Shown in pieces: positions 63,210 through 64,000 of a stretch of 64,000 nucleotides of DNA; within the stretch, counting starts at the first letter, position 1; each line of letters begins with the position of its first letter. The notes below the pieces were generated by a model. It was not told the origin of the DNA. It saw only the letters and a list, made by a program, of their open reading frames with translations, and did no database searches. The stretch spans positions 37,944,001 through 38,008,000 of the forward strand of contig NC_083294.1 in the NCBI RefSeq assembly GCF_963506605.1, written 5' to 3'. This DNA comes from Zootoca vivipara. Lineage: Eukaryota. Position numbers and translations under genes: made by a program.

Positions 63210-64000
63210 GCCTAGGCTAATGGAGGGGAACTTAGCTGCTCTCTGCATGATATTGTTGGACTATGAATCACATCATTCCTGACCATCTGCCATTGTGGCT
63301 GCGGGTGATTGGAGTTGGAGTCCAACAACATCTGGAAGGCCTCAGGTACCCCCCATTCCTTCCTCTTCTTTTCAGTTTTGGGGGAGATGACTTCTGCTTG
63401 ACCTTAACGCATTATTTACTGAGCTGTGCAGAAATACTAGTTTAACTGCAGTGCATTAATTTCTTAACACATTTCCTATTTGTGACATTATAAGGTAATT
63501 TTCTTGCAGTACAAAGTAGGGGGGAAAGGTTGATATTGCTACCTTTTGCAGAATTATGGCCCTTATCCTGCAACAAACCTGATGGATCTTTCCCAAAAAA
63601 ACCACACACACACCTGGGATGTGTGAGTGCATAAAGGAAATAGTTCCCTCTACAATCAAAAGTTTAATTTCAGATTATGGGAAATTGGGGACCTGGCCCT
63701 TTAATACACAATTTAAAAAGCATTAGGCTTTTTTATGTGGTCTGGACCCTACAGAGTTTGCACGGTGGGGGAAACAATTTAGGAAGCTGTCTTAAGCCAA
63801 ATCAAACCATTGGAGAAGAACCATCACTCAGTAGAAGCCATTTGCATTGTGTGCATTTGGTCCCATGTTCAGACCCTGGCATCTTCAGGTGGGGCTGGAA
63901 GAGAACATTGTCTGAAACCCCAGAGAGCTATGTGGACCAGTGATCAACCTCAGCATAAGGCTGCTTCCTTTGTTCCTATTGGTCTATCTAGCTCAGTAAA

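Noticed and set aside
53754-64000. SEPTIN6 exon 2 or another nested gene
   Set aside because: No GHVGFDSLPDQLV-like segment was seen; the ORFs here map to repeats or lack support.

Overview
Eukaryotic (vertebrate) genomic DNA from a squamate reptile. Sauria SINEs, BovB, Penelope and hAT MITEs suggest a lacertid lizard (inference). The block is syntenic with human Xq24. In order: the last four coding exons of an unnamed Reeler-domain protein with a GPI-type hydrophobic tail (+); NDUFA1 (-, 3 exons); a bidirectional CpG-island promoter carrying a tandem ~80-bp array of ZNF143/Staf-type motifs; UPF3B (+, 10 coding exons, 478 aa, one GC-AG intron); RPL39 (+, 3 exons, with SNORA69 in intron 2); SOWAHD (-, single coding exon); an orphan CpG island; and coding exon 1 of SEPTIN6 (+). 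Introns and intergenic DNA are dense with transposon relics (mariner, BovB, an RTE-X-like LINE, L1, L2, CR1, Penelope with hammerhead motifs, Helentron-like, hAT and Tc1/mariner MITEs, SINEs). Most short ORFs in the supplied track are spurious. All calls were made by eye from splice sites, reading frame and recalled homology; no searches were run.
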